A stretch of 57,964 bases of DNA, taken from positions 2,514 through 60,477 of the forward strand of contig JAHFAK010000002.1 of NCBI GenBank assembly GCA_023250585.1. Direction: 5' to 3'. This DNA is from Deltaproteobacteria bacterium. Lineage in GTDB: Bacteria > Bdellovibrionota_F > JAHFAK01. Within the stretch, counting starts at the first letter, position 1. Each line of letters begins with the position of its first letter. Shown here one piece after another: positions 26,519 to 36,188 of this stretch. The position numbers were made by a program, and so were the translations under genes. Under the pieces are notes generated by a model that did no database searches, was not told the origin of the DNA, and worked only from the letters and a program-made list of their open reading frames with translations.

Positions 26519-28677
26519 TGTGCCTCCTCATAGAATTTTCGATTATTCCTTTTCATGTCTTCCAACAACATACATGGTTTAAATCGTTCACCATACCGTT
26601 CATGTAAATAATGAAACGTATGCATGACGCTTTCTATGCCAAGTGAATCAACATAACGAAGTATTCCTCCACGAAATGGCGGAAAACCTGTGCCCATAAC
26701 GAGTGCCATATCGAGATAATAGGGGCGTTCAATAATAGCTTCTTCCAGACATTGACCTGATTCATTGATCAGCCTAAATACCATGCGGTCAAGGATGTCT
26801 TTATCGCGGATTTGTAGTGGCGATATATTGTATGATTCTTGAACTTCATGGACAAGTTTCACTACATCTTTATTGAAATACTTTTCTTTTGAATTATGAA
26901 TATAAAAACCGGCTCCTGATTTTTTCCCCAGTAATTTTTGTTTTTCAATCATAAGCTTTAAGAGTTCGATATGATGAGTATCAAGATTTAAACGTCCTGC
27001 AAGAATTCGACAAACTTTGTAACACACATCAAGACCGATTTCATCGGCAAGAATGAATGGTCCCATAGGCATTCCAAAGCCTTCCATTATAGCATCTATT
27101 CGTTCTATATCGATTCCTTCTTGAGCCATCAGTGTTGCTTCAATCATATAAGGGATGAGAATACGATTAACCAAAAAACCTGGAGAATCTTTCACAACAA
27201 GCGGAGTCTTTTTAAGCCGCCGCGCCAGCGCAATAGTTGTTGCGATCGTTTGGCCTGATGTATTTTTCCCTGGAATAATTTCTACCAAAGGCATTCGATT
27301 CACTGGATTAAAAAAATGCATGCCAATAAAACGATCAGGATTTTTTAATACGCTACTCATTTCATGAATGGAAAGAGTTGAAGTATTTGAAGCTATAATA
27401 GTATTTTCTCGAACATTATTTTCAAGTTCTCTAAATGCTTGTTTCTTTATTTCCATGTCTTCGATGATTGCTTCAATAACAATGTCATGTTGTCTAAATC
27501 CCGTGTAATCGAGTGTTGAGCTGAGTTTGTGCATTTTAATACGTATTTCATTTTTTGGAACTGGTTTGTGCTCTCCCGCTTTTTGATAAATTCCTGCGGT
27601 TGTCGCATATGCTTTTCGTAATGGCTCAAGCGCAATATCTTTCATGCGAATAGGAATATGCGCATTGGAGAATGCCCATCCGATACCTCCTCCCATAATG
27701 CCTGCACCTAAGACACCGGCAGAATAAATTGGTTTAGGCTCAATTTTTTCTTTTTCACCGGCATCTTTTTTTAAAGCTTCGCCGATAAAAAAAAGCTGAA
27801 TGAGATTTTTGCTAATATCAGTGATTGCTAGATGACTAAAAAAGTCTCGCTCTTTTTTGAGTCCTTCATGTAAAGGAGAAGCAAAACTTTCCTGTAGTAA
27901 TTCTACAATTTTTAAGGGAGCTGGATATACTCCTTTTGTTTTTTTCCAAACATCTTTTTTTGCTTTATAAAAAAGAAAGGCTCGTCCTAAAGGATTTTTT
28001 TCAAGTGCGATTTCGAGCAATCCTTTTAATTTTCGTCTTTTGAAAATTTTTTCTCTTTCTGAATCGTTTGCAATTGTTTCTAAAAATTGAGCAAGTTTTT
28101 CTTCTTTAAATTCTTGAGGTATCAGGGCATCAACAACTTTTAAGGCATATGCTTTTCTGCCATCAAATGGTTTTCCCGTTAGAATAATAGAGAGGCTTTT
28201 GGTGAGTCCAATGAGTTTTGGTAATCGTTGTGTTCCTCCCCACCCAGGTAAAATTCCAAGATTTACTTCGGGTAATCCAATAGCCACTTTATCATTATCA
28301 GTAGCAACTCTAAATGTACATGCAAGTGAAAACTCAGTTCCTCCGCCTAAGCATGCGCCATCAATGACAGCTACGGTAGGAAAGGGGAGATCTTCCAATT
28401 TATTGAATACATCTTGGCCACGTTTTGCTAACTTTTCTGCAATCGATTGTTTTTTAATAGCTACTATTTCTTTAATGTCAGCTCCGGCAATAAAAATATT
28501 TTTTTTAGCGCTTTCGATAACGAGAATCTTTATCTCTGTATTGTTTTTCAATGAATCAATCAGCTTTTCTAATTCCTCAACAACTTCTCCCGTGAATTTA
28601 TTTACTTTTTCGCCGGGAAGATCGAATATGAGACGACCAATGCCGCGTATTATCTGTAAATTAAATGCATGACTCAT
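26515..28677 (-). CDS. fadB: Multifunctional enoyl-CoA hydratase / 3-hydroxyacyl-CoA dehydrogenase
   Basis: N-terminal crotonase fold (AGADIKE, CLGGGTEF). Central Rossmann motif GAGIMGGGI. 720 aa. Confidence 0.85.
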   Translation of the reverse strand: MSHAFNLQIIRGIGRLIFDLPGEKVNKFTGEVVEELEKLIDSLKNNTEIKILVIESAKKNIFIAGADIKEIVAIKKQSIAEKLAKRGQDVFNKLEDLPFPTVAVIDGACLGGGTEFSLACTFRVATDNDKVAIGLPEVNLGILPGWGGTQRLPKLIGLTKSLSIILTGKPFDGRKAYALKVVDALIPQEFKEEKLAQFLETIANDSEREKIFKRRKLKGLLEIALEKNPLGRAFLFYKAKKDVWKKTKGVYPAPLKIVELLQESFASPLHEGLKKERDFFSHLAITDISKNLIQLFFIGEALKKDAGEKEKIEPKPIYSAGVLGAGIMGGGIGWAFSNAHIPIRMKDIALEPLRKAYATTAGIYQKAGEHKPVPKNEIRIKMHKLSSTLDYTGFRQHDIVIEAIIEDMEIKKQAFRELENNVRENTIIASNTSTLSIHEMSSVLKNPDRFIGMHFFNPVNRMPLVEIIPGKNTSGQTIATTIALARRLKKTPLVVKDSPGFLVNRILIPYMIEATLMAQEGIDIERIDAIMEGFGMPMGPFILADEIGLDVCYKVCRILAGRLNLDTHHIELLKLMIEKQKLLGKKSGAGFYIHNSKEKYFNKDVVKLVHEVQESYNISPLQIRDKDILDRMVFRLINESGQCLEEAIIERPYYLDMALVMGTGFPPFRGGILRYVDSLGIESVMHTFHYLHERYGERFKPCMLLEDMKRNNRKFYEEAQ

Positions 28678-28696
28678 GAGTACCTCCTGTCTCTCA

Positions 28697-29986
28697 TTAT
28701 TCTACCTCCAACGCTAGGCTTGCGCCTTGACCACCGCCAACGCATAGGGTAGCAAGTCCAATATTTTGATTTCGTCTCCGCAATTCATTCAGCAACGTTA
28801 TGACAAGCCGTGTGCCGGTTGCACCAACAGGATGGCCAATAGCAATTGCTCCACCGTTAACATTGAGAAGATCCATCTTGAGTTCGCCGACTGCTTCACT
28901 TTGTCCTAAATACTTTTGCGCAAATTCTTTTGAAGCGAATGCTTTTTCGCAGGCAAGAACTTGTGCAGCAAATGCCTCATTGAGCTCAATGAGATCAAAA
29001 TCTTTCATGGTTAAACCTGTTTTTTGAAGGAGTTTAGCGGTTGCATACACGGGCCCAAGACCCATTCTACTTCCATCGAGAGCAGCATAGGAATATGCTT
29101 TTAAATATCCTAAGGGTTTTAATCCTTTTTCTTTTGCAGTACTTTCTTTCATAAGAATGACAGCTGCTGCTCCATCGCTCACCGGACATGAATTACCAAT
29201 CGTTACTGATCCGGTAACACGATCAAAATAAGGTTTTAATTTTCCTAGAGCTTCAAGGCTTTGATCTGCGCGTACCCCATCATCTTTTTCTTGTACCGTT
29301 GTATATGCAGGCGGTGTAAAAACAGGGATGATTTCATGTTTTAATACATTATCGCTCTGTGCTGTTGCGGCTTTTTGATGGCTCAACAGTGCAAAGGCAT
29401 CTTGTTCTTTTCTTGAAATACGAAATTCACGTGAAAGTTTTTCCGCCGTTAATCCCATAATGAGATTACAGATGGGATCGGTCAGCCCTTGTTCTAATCC
29501 AATAATTGGTTTTAAAAAAGAAGGTCTAAACGTCATAAATGTTTTAATTTTTTCTACAATATTTTTAGCTTTTGCGAGCTGAAAGAAAAAACGCGCCATT
29601 TTTGGCGAATAGATTAAAGGAATTTGGCTCATGGATTCAGCGCCACCTGCTACGATGACTCTTGCTTCATCCGCCCATAATTCGTTAGCTGCTGCAGTTA
29701 TGGATTGCATGCCTGAAGCACAGTTACGTTGAACCGTATGTGCAATAAGTGATGTGGGTAATCCAGCTTTGAGAGCAATCACGCGCGCAATATTTGCTGC
29801 ATCATAGGGCTGAGCAACATTTCCAAAAATTACTTCGTCGATTTCATTGACTGGAAATGATGTTCGCGCAAGAAGTTCTTTAACTACGAAGGCTCCCAAA
29901 TCATCAGCTCCTGTGTCTTTAAATACGGCGGATGCTCTACAAAATGGGGTTCGCAATCCTTCAATAATGGCAATACGTTCTTTCAT
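28697..29986 (-). CDS. fadA: Acetyl-CoA C-acyltransferase (3-ketoacyl-CoA thiolase)
   Basis: Active-site blocks NCASGMQS, GNSCPVSDGAAA, NGGAIAIGHPVGATG and CVGGGQG. Confidence 0.9.
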   Translation of the reverse strand: MKERIAIIEGLRTPFCRASAVFKDTGADDLGAFVVKELLARTSFPVNEIDEVIFGNVAQPYDAANIARVIALKAGLPTSLIAHTVQRNCASGMQSITAAANELWADEARVIVAGGAESMSQIPLIYSPKMARFFFQLAKAKNIVEKIKTFMTFRPSFLKPIIGLEQGLTDPICNLIMGLTAEKLSREFRISRKEQDAFALLSHQKAATAQSDNVLKHEIIPVFTPPAYTTVQEKDDGVRADQSLEALGKLKPYFDRVTGSVTIGNSCPVSDGAAAVILMKESTAKEKGLKPLGYLKAYSYAALDGSRMGLGPVYATAKLLQKTGLTMKDFDLIELNEAFAAQVLACEKAFASKEFAQKYLGQSEAVGELKMDLLNVNGGAIAIGHPVGATGTRLVITLLNELRRRNQNIGLATLCVGGGQGASLALEVE

Positions 29987-31680
29987 AAGTTATCCTTTTT
30001 GGTATACATCTCTTCAATGATATCGTGATATTCTTCAATAATAACTTTTCTTCGTAACTTAAGCGTCGGAGTTAATTCTCCATTTTCAACGGTCGGTGTA
30101 TCAAAAATAATGTGCCATGCTCGAATTTGTTCCCACTCATTAAGTGTTGCATTAACTTTTTTAATGAAATGATTCAAATTATTTTTTAATGCTCCATTGT
30201 TTTTTTCTCGATCAATAAATAAAAGTGCACTCACAAACTTTCTTCCGTCGGCAATAATCATTGCCATGTCAATGAGTGAATTTTTTTTGAGTTTTTCTTC
30301 GAGAGGAATGGGAGAAACATATTTACCTCCCGAAGTTTTACAGAGTTCTTTAATTCTGCCGGTAATAGTTAAAAAGCCGTCTTTGTCGATTGTTCCCGTA
30401 TCACCGGTGTGAAGCCATCCATTACTATCAATTGCATGTTTCGTTTCGTCGATTAAATTGTGATAGCCTTTCATTATATTATTTCCACGAGCAAAAATTT
30501 CTCCATTGGAACTAATCTTCATTTCTACATCAGGAAGCGCAGGACCCACAGTGCCAACTTTGTGGCGATTAATAAAGTTAGTGGTGATAACGGGGCATGC
30601 TTCGGTTAGTCCATATCCTTGATACAGCGGAATTCCAATATTGACAAAAAATCGATACATATCAAGAGGAAGAGGAGATCCACCGGAAATGAGGTACTTT
30701 AATTTTTTTCCAAATAATGTTCTTATTTTTTTATAAACAAGTAGATCTGTCAAAAATGTTTTTGGTTTTTTCAAAGCTCGTTTTAATGCCCACATCGCAA
30801 TCTTTTTTTTGATCCAGGTTTTTGCTTGAGCTTTCTCAATAATTTTTGCATGCATTTTTTCTAAAAGCCGAGGCACTGTTGCCATAAAAGTTGGTTCTAC
30901 TTCTTGTAAGCATTGTGCAATATTTGTTATATCCGGGCAAAAATATATAGATGTTCCTCGTGAAATATAAAAATATATAAGCGTTCGTTCAAAACTATGA
31001 GCAATAGGTAAAAAGCTTAAAACATTATCTTGGGGAGAAAGATCGGAAAATAGTTTGGTTATTGATTGTATTTGAGCCATAAAATTTTTATGTGTCAATT
31101 CTACGCCTTTTGGTTGACCCGTTGATCCGCTGGTATAAATGATCGTTGCACTATCATCTTCCAAAAGGTGGGGACCGACATATGATTTCATGAGTTGGTC
31201 CCCACCTTTTGATTCAAATTCAATACTTTGAGGAAATAAAATGTTTTTTGTAATGATGAATGAAAACGAATGAATCAGCGGTTCAATGAATTTGGTAAAA
31301 CGTTCATTCAATTTTTGCTCATAATCTGAAAGAACAAAAATCCCTTTGAGGTTCGCATCTTTAACTTTAAAGCGTACATGTTCTTCTGATTCATTAATAA
31401 AAAAAGGAACAGAAACAGCTCCATTCATTAAAATTGCAAAATCAGCCATAAGCCAAAAGGGAGATGAAGGTGAAAGAATGCCGACCGCATCGCCTTTTTG
31501 AATACCTTGGTTTTGTAAAAGTTGTGCGAATTTCACAACATGACTAACAAAAACTTCAGTTGAAATATGCTTCCATTCATTATTTTCTTTGTAATTAAAA
31601 GCCGAACTATTGGGACGAGTTTGAGAGATATGAGTCAGTAGTTGGGGAAGGGCAGTCATTTTTTCATATTCATCTCTCAT
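29983..31680 (-). CDS. fadD: Long-chain-fatty-acid--CoA ligase
   Basis: AMP-binding motifs YTSGSTGQPKGV, GYGLTE and TGD. The ATG at 31680 has AAGGAG 8 nt upstream. The track's start at 31734 is a TTG with no RBS. Confidence 0.85.
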   Translation of the reverse strand: MRDEYEKMTALPQLLTHISQTRPNSSAFNYKENNEWKHISTEVFVSHVVKFAQLLQNQGIQKGDAVGILSPSSPFWLMADFAILMNGAVSVPFFINESEEHVRFKVKDANLKGIFVLSDYEQKLNERFTKFIEPLIHSFSFIITKNILFPQSIEFESKGGDQLMKSYVGPHLLEDDSATIIYTSGSTGQPKGVELTHKNFMAQIQSITKLFSDLSPQDNVLSFLPIAHSFERTLIYFYISRGTSIYFCPDITNIAQCLQEVEPTFMATVPRLLEKMHAKIIEKAQAKTWIKKKIAMWALKRALKKPKTFLTDLLVYKKIRTLFGKKLKYLISGGSPLPLDMYRFFVNIGIPLYQGYGLTEACPVITTNFINRHKVGTVGPALPDVEMKISSNGEIFARGNNIMKGYHNLIDETKHAIDSNGWLHTGDTGTIDKDGFLTITGRIKELCKTSGGKYVSPIPLEEKLKKNSLIDMAMIIADGRKFVSALLFIDREKNNGALKNNLNHFIKKVNATLNEWEQIRAWHIIFDTPTVENGELTPTLKLRRKVIIEEYHDIIEEMYTKKDNL

Positions 31681-31795
31681 GGAAATAACTCCTTTTACAT
31701 AAAGAATACTACTCTTTTTGTATCGATGATTCAAATGAATAAAAGTGTATTAATTTCAATAAGATAGATTATATTTTCACATAGCGCTCATTTCT

Positions 31796-31811
31796 TGTGA
31801 TGAAGATCACA
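31796..31811. promoter_or_regulatory. CRP/FNR-family-type palindrome TGTGA-N6-TCACA
   Basis: Perfect TGTGATGAAGATCACA in the divergent region between fadD (ATG 31680) and the lipoprotein gene (ATG 31865). Confidence 0.45.
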
Positions 31812-31864
31812 GATTTTTCTATGTTTTTTCTCCATAATAATGGGGATAAAGCAGGGGCAGGTAT

Positions 31865-34456
31865 ATGAAAAAAAACACTAACTATTTCAATATGTTGCTA
31901 TTTTCTATTATTCTCATGGGAATCCTTACCCTTTTTTCGTGTTTAGAAGTAAGTTCTGATTCATCTACTTCCGGAGACAAACAAACAAACACAGATACAG
32001 CTTCATCGACATCTGAATCTTCAGGCACTTCTGATGTTGATACGATGTCTCCTTTGGTTGTAAAGACTGATCCGGCTGACGGAGAGGTGGATATCTTCAT
32101 TACTAAGAAAATCGTTATTACTTTTTCAGAAGGAATCGATGAGGAAACAATTACAACTGATTCAATTCTACTCTATGAAGGAGATCGCGAGAAAGGCATA
32201 CTCGTAAGTGGAATAGTTAGTTATGATGCGGAGGCTTATAAAGCAACTTTTATTCCCGAAGAAAATTTATTAGAGTCGACTGAATATACAGGAGTGATTA
32301 TGCCGGGAATTAAGGATCTTTCGGGTAATCAGATAGCCGAGGAATATGTTTTTGCGTTTCAAACAGAAGTTCAAGACTATGCAGTTGATACAACTCCGCC
32401 TATCGTGAAAGAAACTTCTCCTGCTGATCAGGCCCAAGCGGTTTCTCTTTTATCTAAAATGAGTATCACTTTTTCTGAACCCATGGATGTTAAATCTCTC
32501 ACACCAGAAAATTTTATAGTCACTGCACATGCATCAGACATTTTGGGAAGTATTTCGTATAGTAGCCCTTCAAATGTTATTACGTTTACTCCTTCTGCTG
32601 GTTTACCGGCAAATACAAAAATCCAAGTGCAGTTGACGAAAGGATTGAAGGATGGAGCTGGAAATGGACTTGTGCAGGATTATTTTTTCAGCTTTACAAC
32701 CACTGATTCTGCTAATCAAGAATCTACACAATCAAATGGAGGATCTCAAACACCTTCATTGCCACCAGATACATTGAGTGTTGTAAGTACGACTCCAGAA
32801 AATAGTACAACAGGAGTTTTAGTCGCTTCAAATATAAGTATTGTTTTTTCGAATAATCTTGATCAAACAACTACTACCTCAACAAATATTTATATGACTG
32901 GAGGCGGAGGGGGTGTTGCGGCAGCATTGAGTTATGATAGTAATTCAAAGACAGTAACGATTGATCCTACGAGTAACTTAGCTCGAGGGACACAATATAC
33001 CGTTACTATAAATACAAACGTCAAAGACTCAGCAGGCGATGTACTTAATTCGAATTATTCATTTAGTTTTACAACACTTGCTCCGTTAAGTGTTGCCAGT
33101 ACAAGTCCTTCAAATAATGCTACGAATATCGATGTAGGCGCAAATATTACCGTTACTTTTTCGCAAGGCCTTGCTGGGGCTAGTGTAGCTTCATGGAACT
33201 TCCCTATGACGTCATCAGGCGGGTCGGTTGGAACAACAGTATCATACACAGCTGCGACAAATACTATTACGATTGATCCAAACTCAAATTTATCGAAATC
33301 AACAGTTTATACAATCACTGTATCATCAGGTGTGACTGATACCTATGGAGGTACATTAGGGCAAGATTATACGTTTAGTTTTACGACACAAGATCCAACA
33401 TGGCAGGTAGTGAGTAGCGCTGGATTTTCTATGAGTACTGCTACCTATACCGAGATGGAGATTGGTAGCGATGGAACAATTTATGTTGCATTTTCAGATG
33501 GCGCTGCTAGTGCTAATAATAAAGTTACTGTAATGAAAAATACTCAAGTCGCAGGCTCAGGTTGGGTAAATGTCGGTAGTGCTGGCTTTTCATCAGGCGC
33601 AGCAAGCTATATTGACCTTGAACTCTCTGGCGCAGCTAATACTCCCTATATCACTTTTAAAGATGCGGGTAATAACGACAAGGCAGCGGTATATAAGTTT
33701 AACGTCAATGTATGGGAAACCTATGGACCTCAGACTTTTACAACTACAGGAGTAGCATATACCAATATGGAATTAAATGGAGAAAATCCCTATATTGTCT
33801 ATCAAGATCCGGCAAATAGCTCAAAGGCGAGCGTTAAAAAATATAGCTCGGGCAACTACACTAAAGTTGGTAATAACTTAGGCCTTTCTTCAGGAACAGC
33901 AGCATATATTGATCTTGCCCTTGATAGTAGCGGCAATACGTATGTTGTTTATCAAGATGCAGCACAATCTAATAAAGCATCAGCTAAAAAAGCGGGAACG
34001 ACTGGAACATCACCATGGAATGATATCGGCAGTCCTGGTTTTTCTGCAGGAGCTGTAAGCTACTGTAGTCTTGAGATGTATAATGATGTTCCCTATGTTG
34101 TATATGTTGATGGAGGTAACTCGAGCAAGGCTACGGTAATGAAGAACACTCAAGTTGCACCTGCGGTCTGGGAAAACGTTGGAAGTGCAGGATTTTCTGC
34201 AGGTATAACTTCCTATACTGACTTAGAAATTAATACTTCTAATGGAGACCTCTATGTTGTCTACAGAGATGCCAGCAACACGAATAAGGCTACGGTTATG
34301 AAATACTCAGGCTCGAGTTGGGCTACACTTGGTACCGCTGGATTCTCAGCAGGAGCAGTGAGTTATACCGATCTTGCCATATACAACGGTGTTCCCTATG
34401 TCGTTTTCGTCGATGGAGCAAATGTTAATAAAGTGACGGTTATGAAGTATGAATAG
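31865..34456 (+). CDS. Surface lipoprotein with tandem Ig-like (SbsA/Big_5-like) domains and seven ~50-aa C-terminal repeats
   Basis: Lipobox LTLFSC. Repeated modules P..V....P.DG...V.....I.I.FSE..D. Seven C-terminal repeats of the form GFSAG.(V/A)SYTDL....(V)PYVVY.D..N.NKATVMKY. Confidence 0.7.
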   Translation: MKKNTNYFNMLLFSIILMGILTLFSCLEVSSDSSTSGDKQTNTDTASSTSESSGTSDVDTMSPLVVKTDPADGEVDIFITKKIVITFSEGIDEETITTDSILLYEGDREKGILVSGIVSYDAEAYKATFIPEENLLESTEYTGVIMPGIKDLSGNQIAEEYVFAFQTEVQDYAVDTTPPIVKETSPADQAQAVSLLSKMSITFSEPMDVKSLTPENFIVTAHASDILGSISYSSPSNVITFTPSAGLPANTKIQVQLTKGLKDGAGNGLVQDYFFSFTTTDSANQESTQSNGGSQTPSLPPDTLSVVSTTPENSTTGVLVASNISIVFSNNLDQTTTTSTNIYMTGGGGGVAAALSYDSNSKTVTIDPTSNLARGTQYTVTINTNVKDSAGDVLNSNYSFSFTTLAPLSVASTSPSNNATNIDVGANITVTFSQGLAGASVASWNFPMTSSGGSVGTTVSYTAATNTITIDPNSNLSKSTVYTITVSSGVTDTYGGTLGQDYTFSFTTQDPTWQVVSSAGFSMSTATYTEMEIGSDGTIYVAFSDGAASANNKVTVMKNTQVAGSGWVNVGSAGFSSGAASYIDLELSGAANTPYITFKDAGNNDKAAVYKFNVNVWETYGPQTFTTTGVAYTNMELNGENPYIVYQDPANSSKASVKKYSSGNYTKVGNNLGLSSGTAAYIDLALDSSGNTYVVYQDAAQSNKASAKKAGTTGTSPWNDIGSPGFSAGAVSYCSLEMYNDVPYVVYVDGGNSSKATVMKNTQVAPAVWENVGSAGFSAGITSYTDLEINTSNGDLYVVYRDASNTNKATVMKYSGSSWATLGTAGFSAGAVSYTDLAIYNGVPYVVFVDGANVNKVTVMKYE

Positions 34457-34477
34457 CCCGGCGAATTTAATTTTTCT

Positions 34478-34505
34478 TTGTAAATAGATCAAAGCGTTGT
34501 ATAAT
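34478..34505 (+). promoter_or_regulatory. Candidate sigma-70 promoter giving a leaderless transcript
   Basis: TTGTAA, a 16-nt spacer, then TATAAT (34500-34505). The ATG at 34513 is only 7 nt after the -10 box, and there is no Shine-Dalgarno sequence. Confidence 0.4.
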
Positions 34506-34512
34506 TATATGT

Positions 34513-34737
34513 ATGAAAAAAGATGTAAAGAATCTCTTAAGGGATTGGAAAAAGCGATGGAAAAATATTGAAGATTATGAAAAAAAAGAGTTAGCTCATC
34601 TTTCCATTGAACAAAAATATCTACAACTTGCGTTTCTTATGAAGCTCGCAGGTACTCTCAAATTAGACTATAGAGAAAACAGTGATACTCAACGAGTACG
34701 CAGAAGATGGAAATATCTACGAGAAACACTCACATGA
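34513..34737 (+). CDS. Small helical hypothetical protein, first gene of a two-gene module
   Basis: 74 aa, basic. Its stop overlaps the next start (ATGA at 34734-34737). Confidence 0.5.
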   Translation: MKKDVKNLLRDWKKRWKNIEDYEKKELAHLSIEQKYLQLAFLMKLAGTLKLDYRENSDTQRVRRRWKYLRETLT

Positions 34738-35315
34738 ATCAAAACTCAAATCTTGTAGTGTTACAAGAGCCATTACTGGCTTTGAATAAATTAATGAAAG
34801 AGCTTAAATGCCCTTGGATGCTTATAGGAGGAATTGCGGTAAGCCTTTTAAGCAAACCTCGATTTACGGCTGATATTGATTTAGTAATCATTATTGATAA
34901 TGATGATGTTGATCGAATTGTAAGAATTGCTAAAAAATACACCATTCAACCGCGAATAAAAGAAGCAATCCCATTTGCCCAAAAGAATAGGGTGCTCCTC
35001 TTACGACATACGGCAAGCTCAATAAATATTGATATTTCTCTTGGTATGCTGCCTTATGAAATTGAAGCGATTTCGTGCAGTAAACAATATAAGATTGGAA
35101 AAGTATCCTATAACTTACCTCGCGTAGAAGATTTAATCATTTTAAAGGCAGTTGCCCATCGAACAAAGGATATGCTTGATATTCGAGAGCTGGTCAATAC
35201 TCATAAAAAACTTAATGTCCACTACATACAGAAAACAATTAAAGAATTTGCTGGTGTATTAGAAATGCCCGAAATTTGGGATGATATTGAGTCTATAGTA
35301 AGAAAAAAGAACTAA
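34734..35315 (+). CDS. Nucleotidyltransferase-fold protein (MNT/AbiEii-like superfamily)
   Basis: GGIAVSLLSKPRFTADIDLVI resembles the G-x-x-R/T-x-D-x-D NTase motif, and C-terminal HRTKDMLDI is also present. Translationally coupled to the upstream small ORF. Confidence 0.5.
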   Translation: MNQNSNLVVLQEPLLALNKLMKELKCPWMLIGGIAVSLLSKPRFTADIDLVIIIDNDDVDRIVRIAKKYTIQPRIKEAIPFAQKNRVLLLRHTASSINIDISLGMLPYEIEAISCSKQYKIGKVSYNLPRVEDLIILKAVAHRTKDMLDIRELVNTHKKLNVHYIQKTIKEFAGVLEMPEIWDDIESIVRKKN

Positions 35316-36188
35316 AAGAAATGTATTTATTTTCCCTTCTATTCAGTCTTTAATGGAATTCCAAAGTACTATGATATCATTGCTCAAGAAAAAGCTCATC
35401 TTAAAAATTTACAAGCTATAGTAGTAGAACACTGCTTATCAAAAAATGGGTCATTAACCAATGAGGGTTTTTTCCTTTTACAATCTGAGTTTGGCCGAGA
35501 CTATCAACGATACTTCGATATATTAACTCATATGGCGGCCGGTGAAACTTCTATTACCGATATTGCTGCACGAGTTGCAGAGCCTACAAATAAAATAGCC
35601 GTATATCTCCAGAGACTTGAGACGTATTATGGATTAATAGAACGGAAAACTCCACTTTTACTCCGACAAAAGTCAGAGACTCGTTACTTTATACGGGATA
35701 TTTTCTTACAATTTTGGTTTCGATATATTTATAGGAGACAGAGTTATATTGAACGAGGGAATGCTTTATTTTTATGGAAACTTATTTCACAAGATTTAAC
35801 AAACTATCAGGGAAGAATCTTTGAAAAACTCTGCATAGAACTATTTTTAAACAGAAAGGTACAAGATAAACTATTGCTCAACTTTGAGATATGGGAATAT
35901 GGAAATTTCTGGAGCAAGAAGGACAGTATAGAAATAGATCTTATTGCTTTTGATAAAAAGAGAGAGAATCTTTGCCTCATTGAATGTAAAATCAATCCGA
36001 AGAGAATAACGGCTGCATTCTTGAATGAATTTCAACGTAAGGCAGACTATCATCTCTTCAAAAATTTTAAGAAGAAACGATTAATCATTTGGACTGTCCA
36101 TAGAGCCGATACCTCAATTCACTTGCTGTGTAAGCATCATGGGATAGAGTATCTTTCACTCGAAGATGTTGTATACACGACGCCATAA
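35316..36188 (+). pseudogene. 5'-truncated DUF234/archaeal-type ATPase remnant (C-terminal half only)
   Basis: The frame is open from 35316, but the first ATG is at 35532. The upstream in-frame translation FNGIPKYYDII... continues the family's post-ATPase region. No P-loop domain is present, because the previous gene ends at 35315. Confidence 0.55.
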
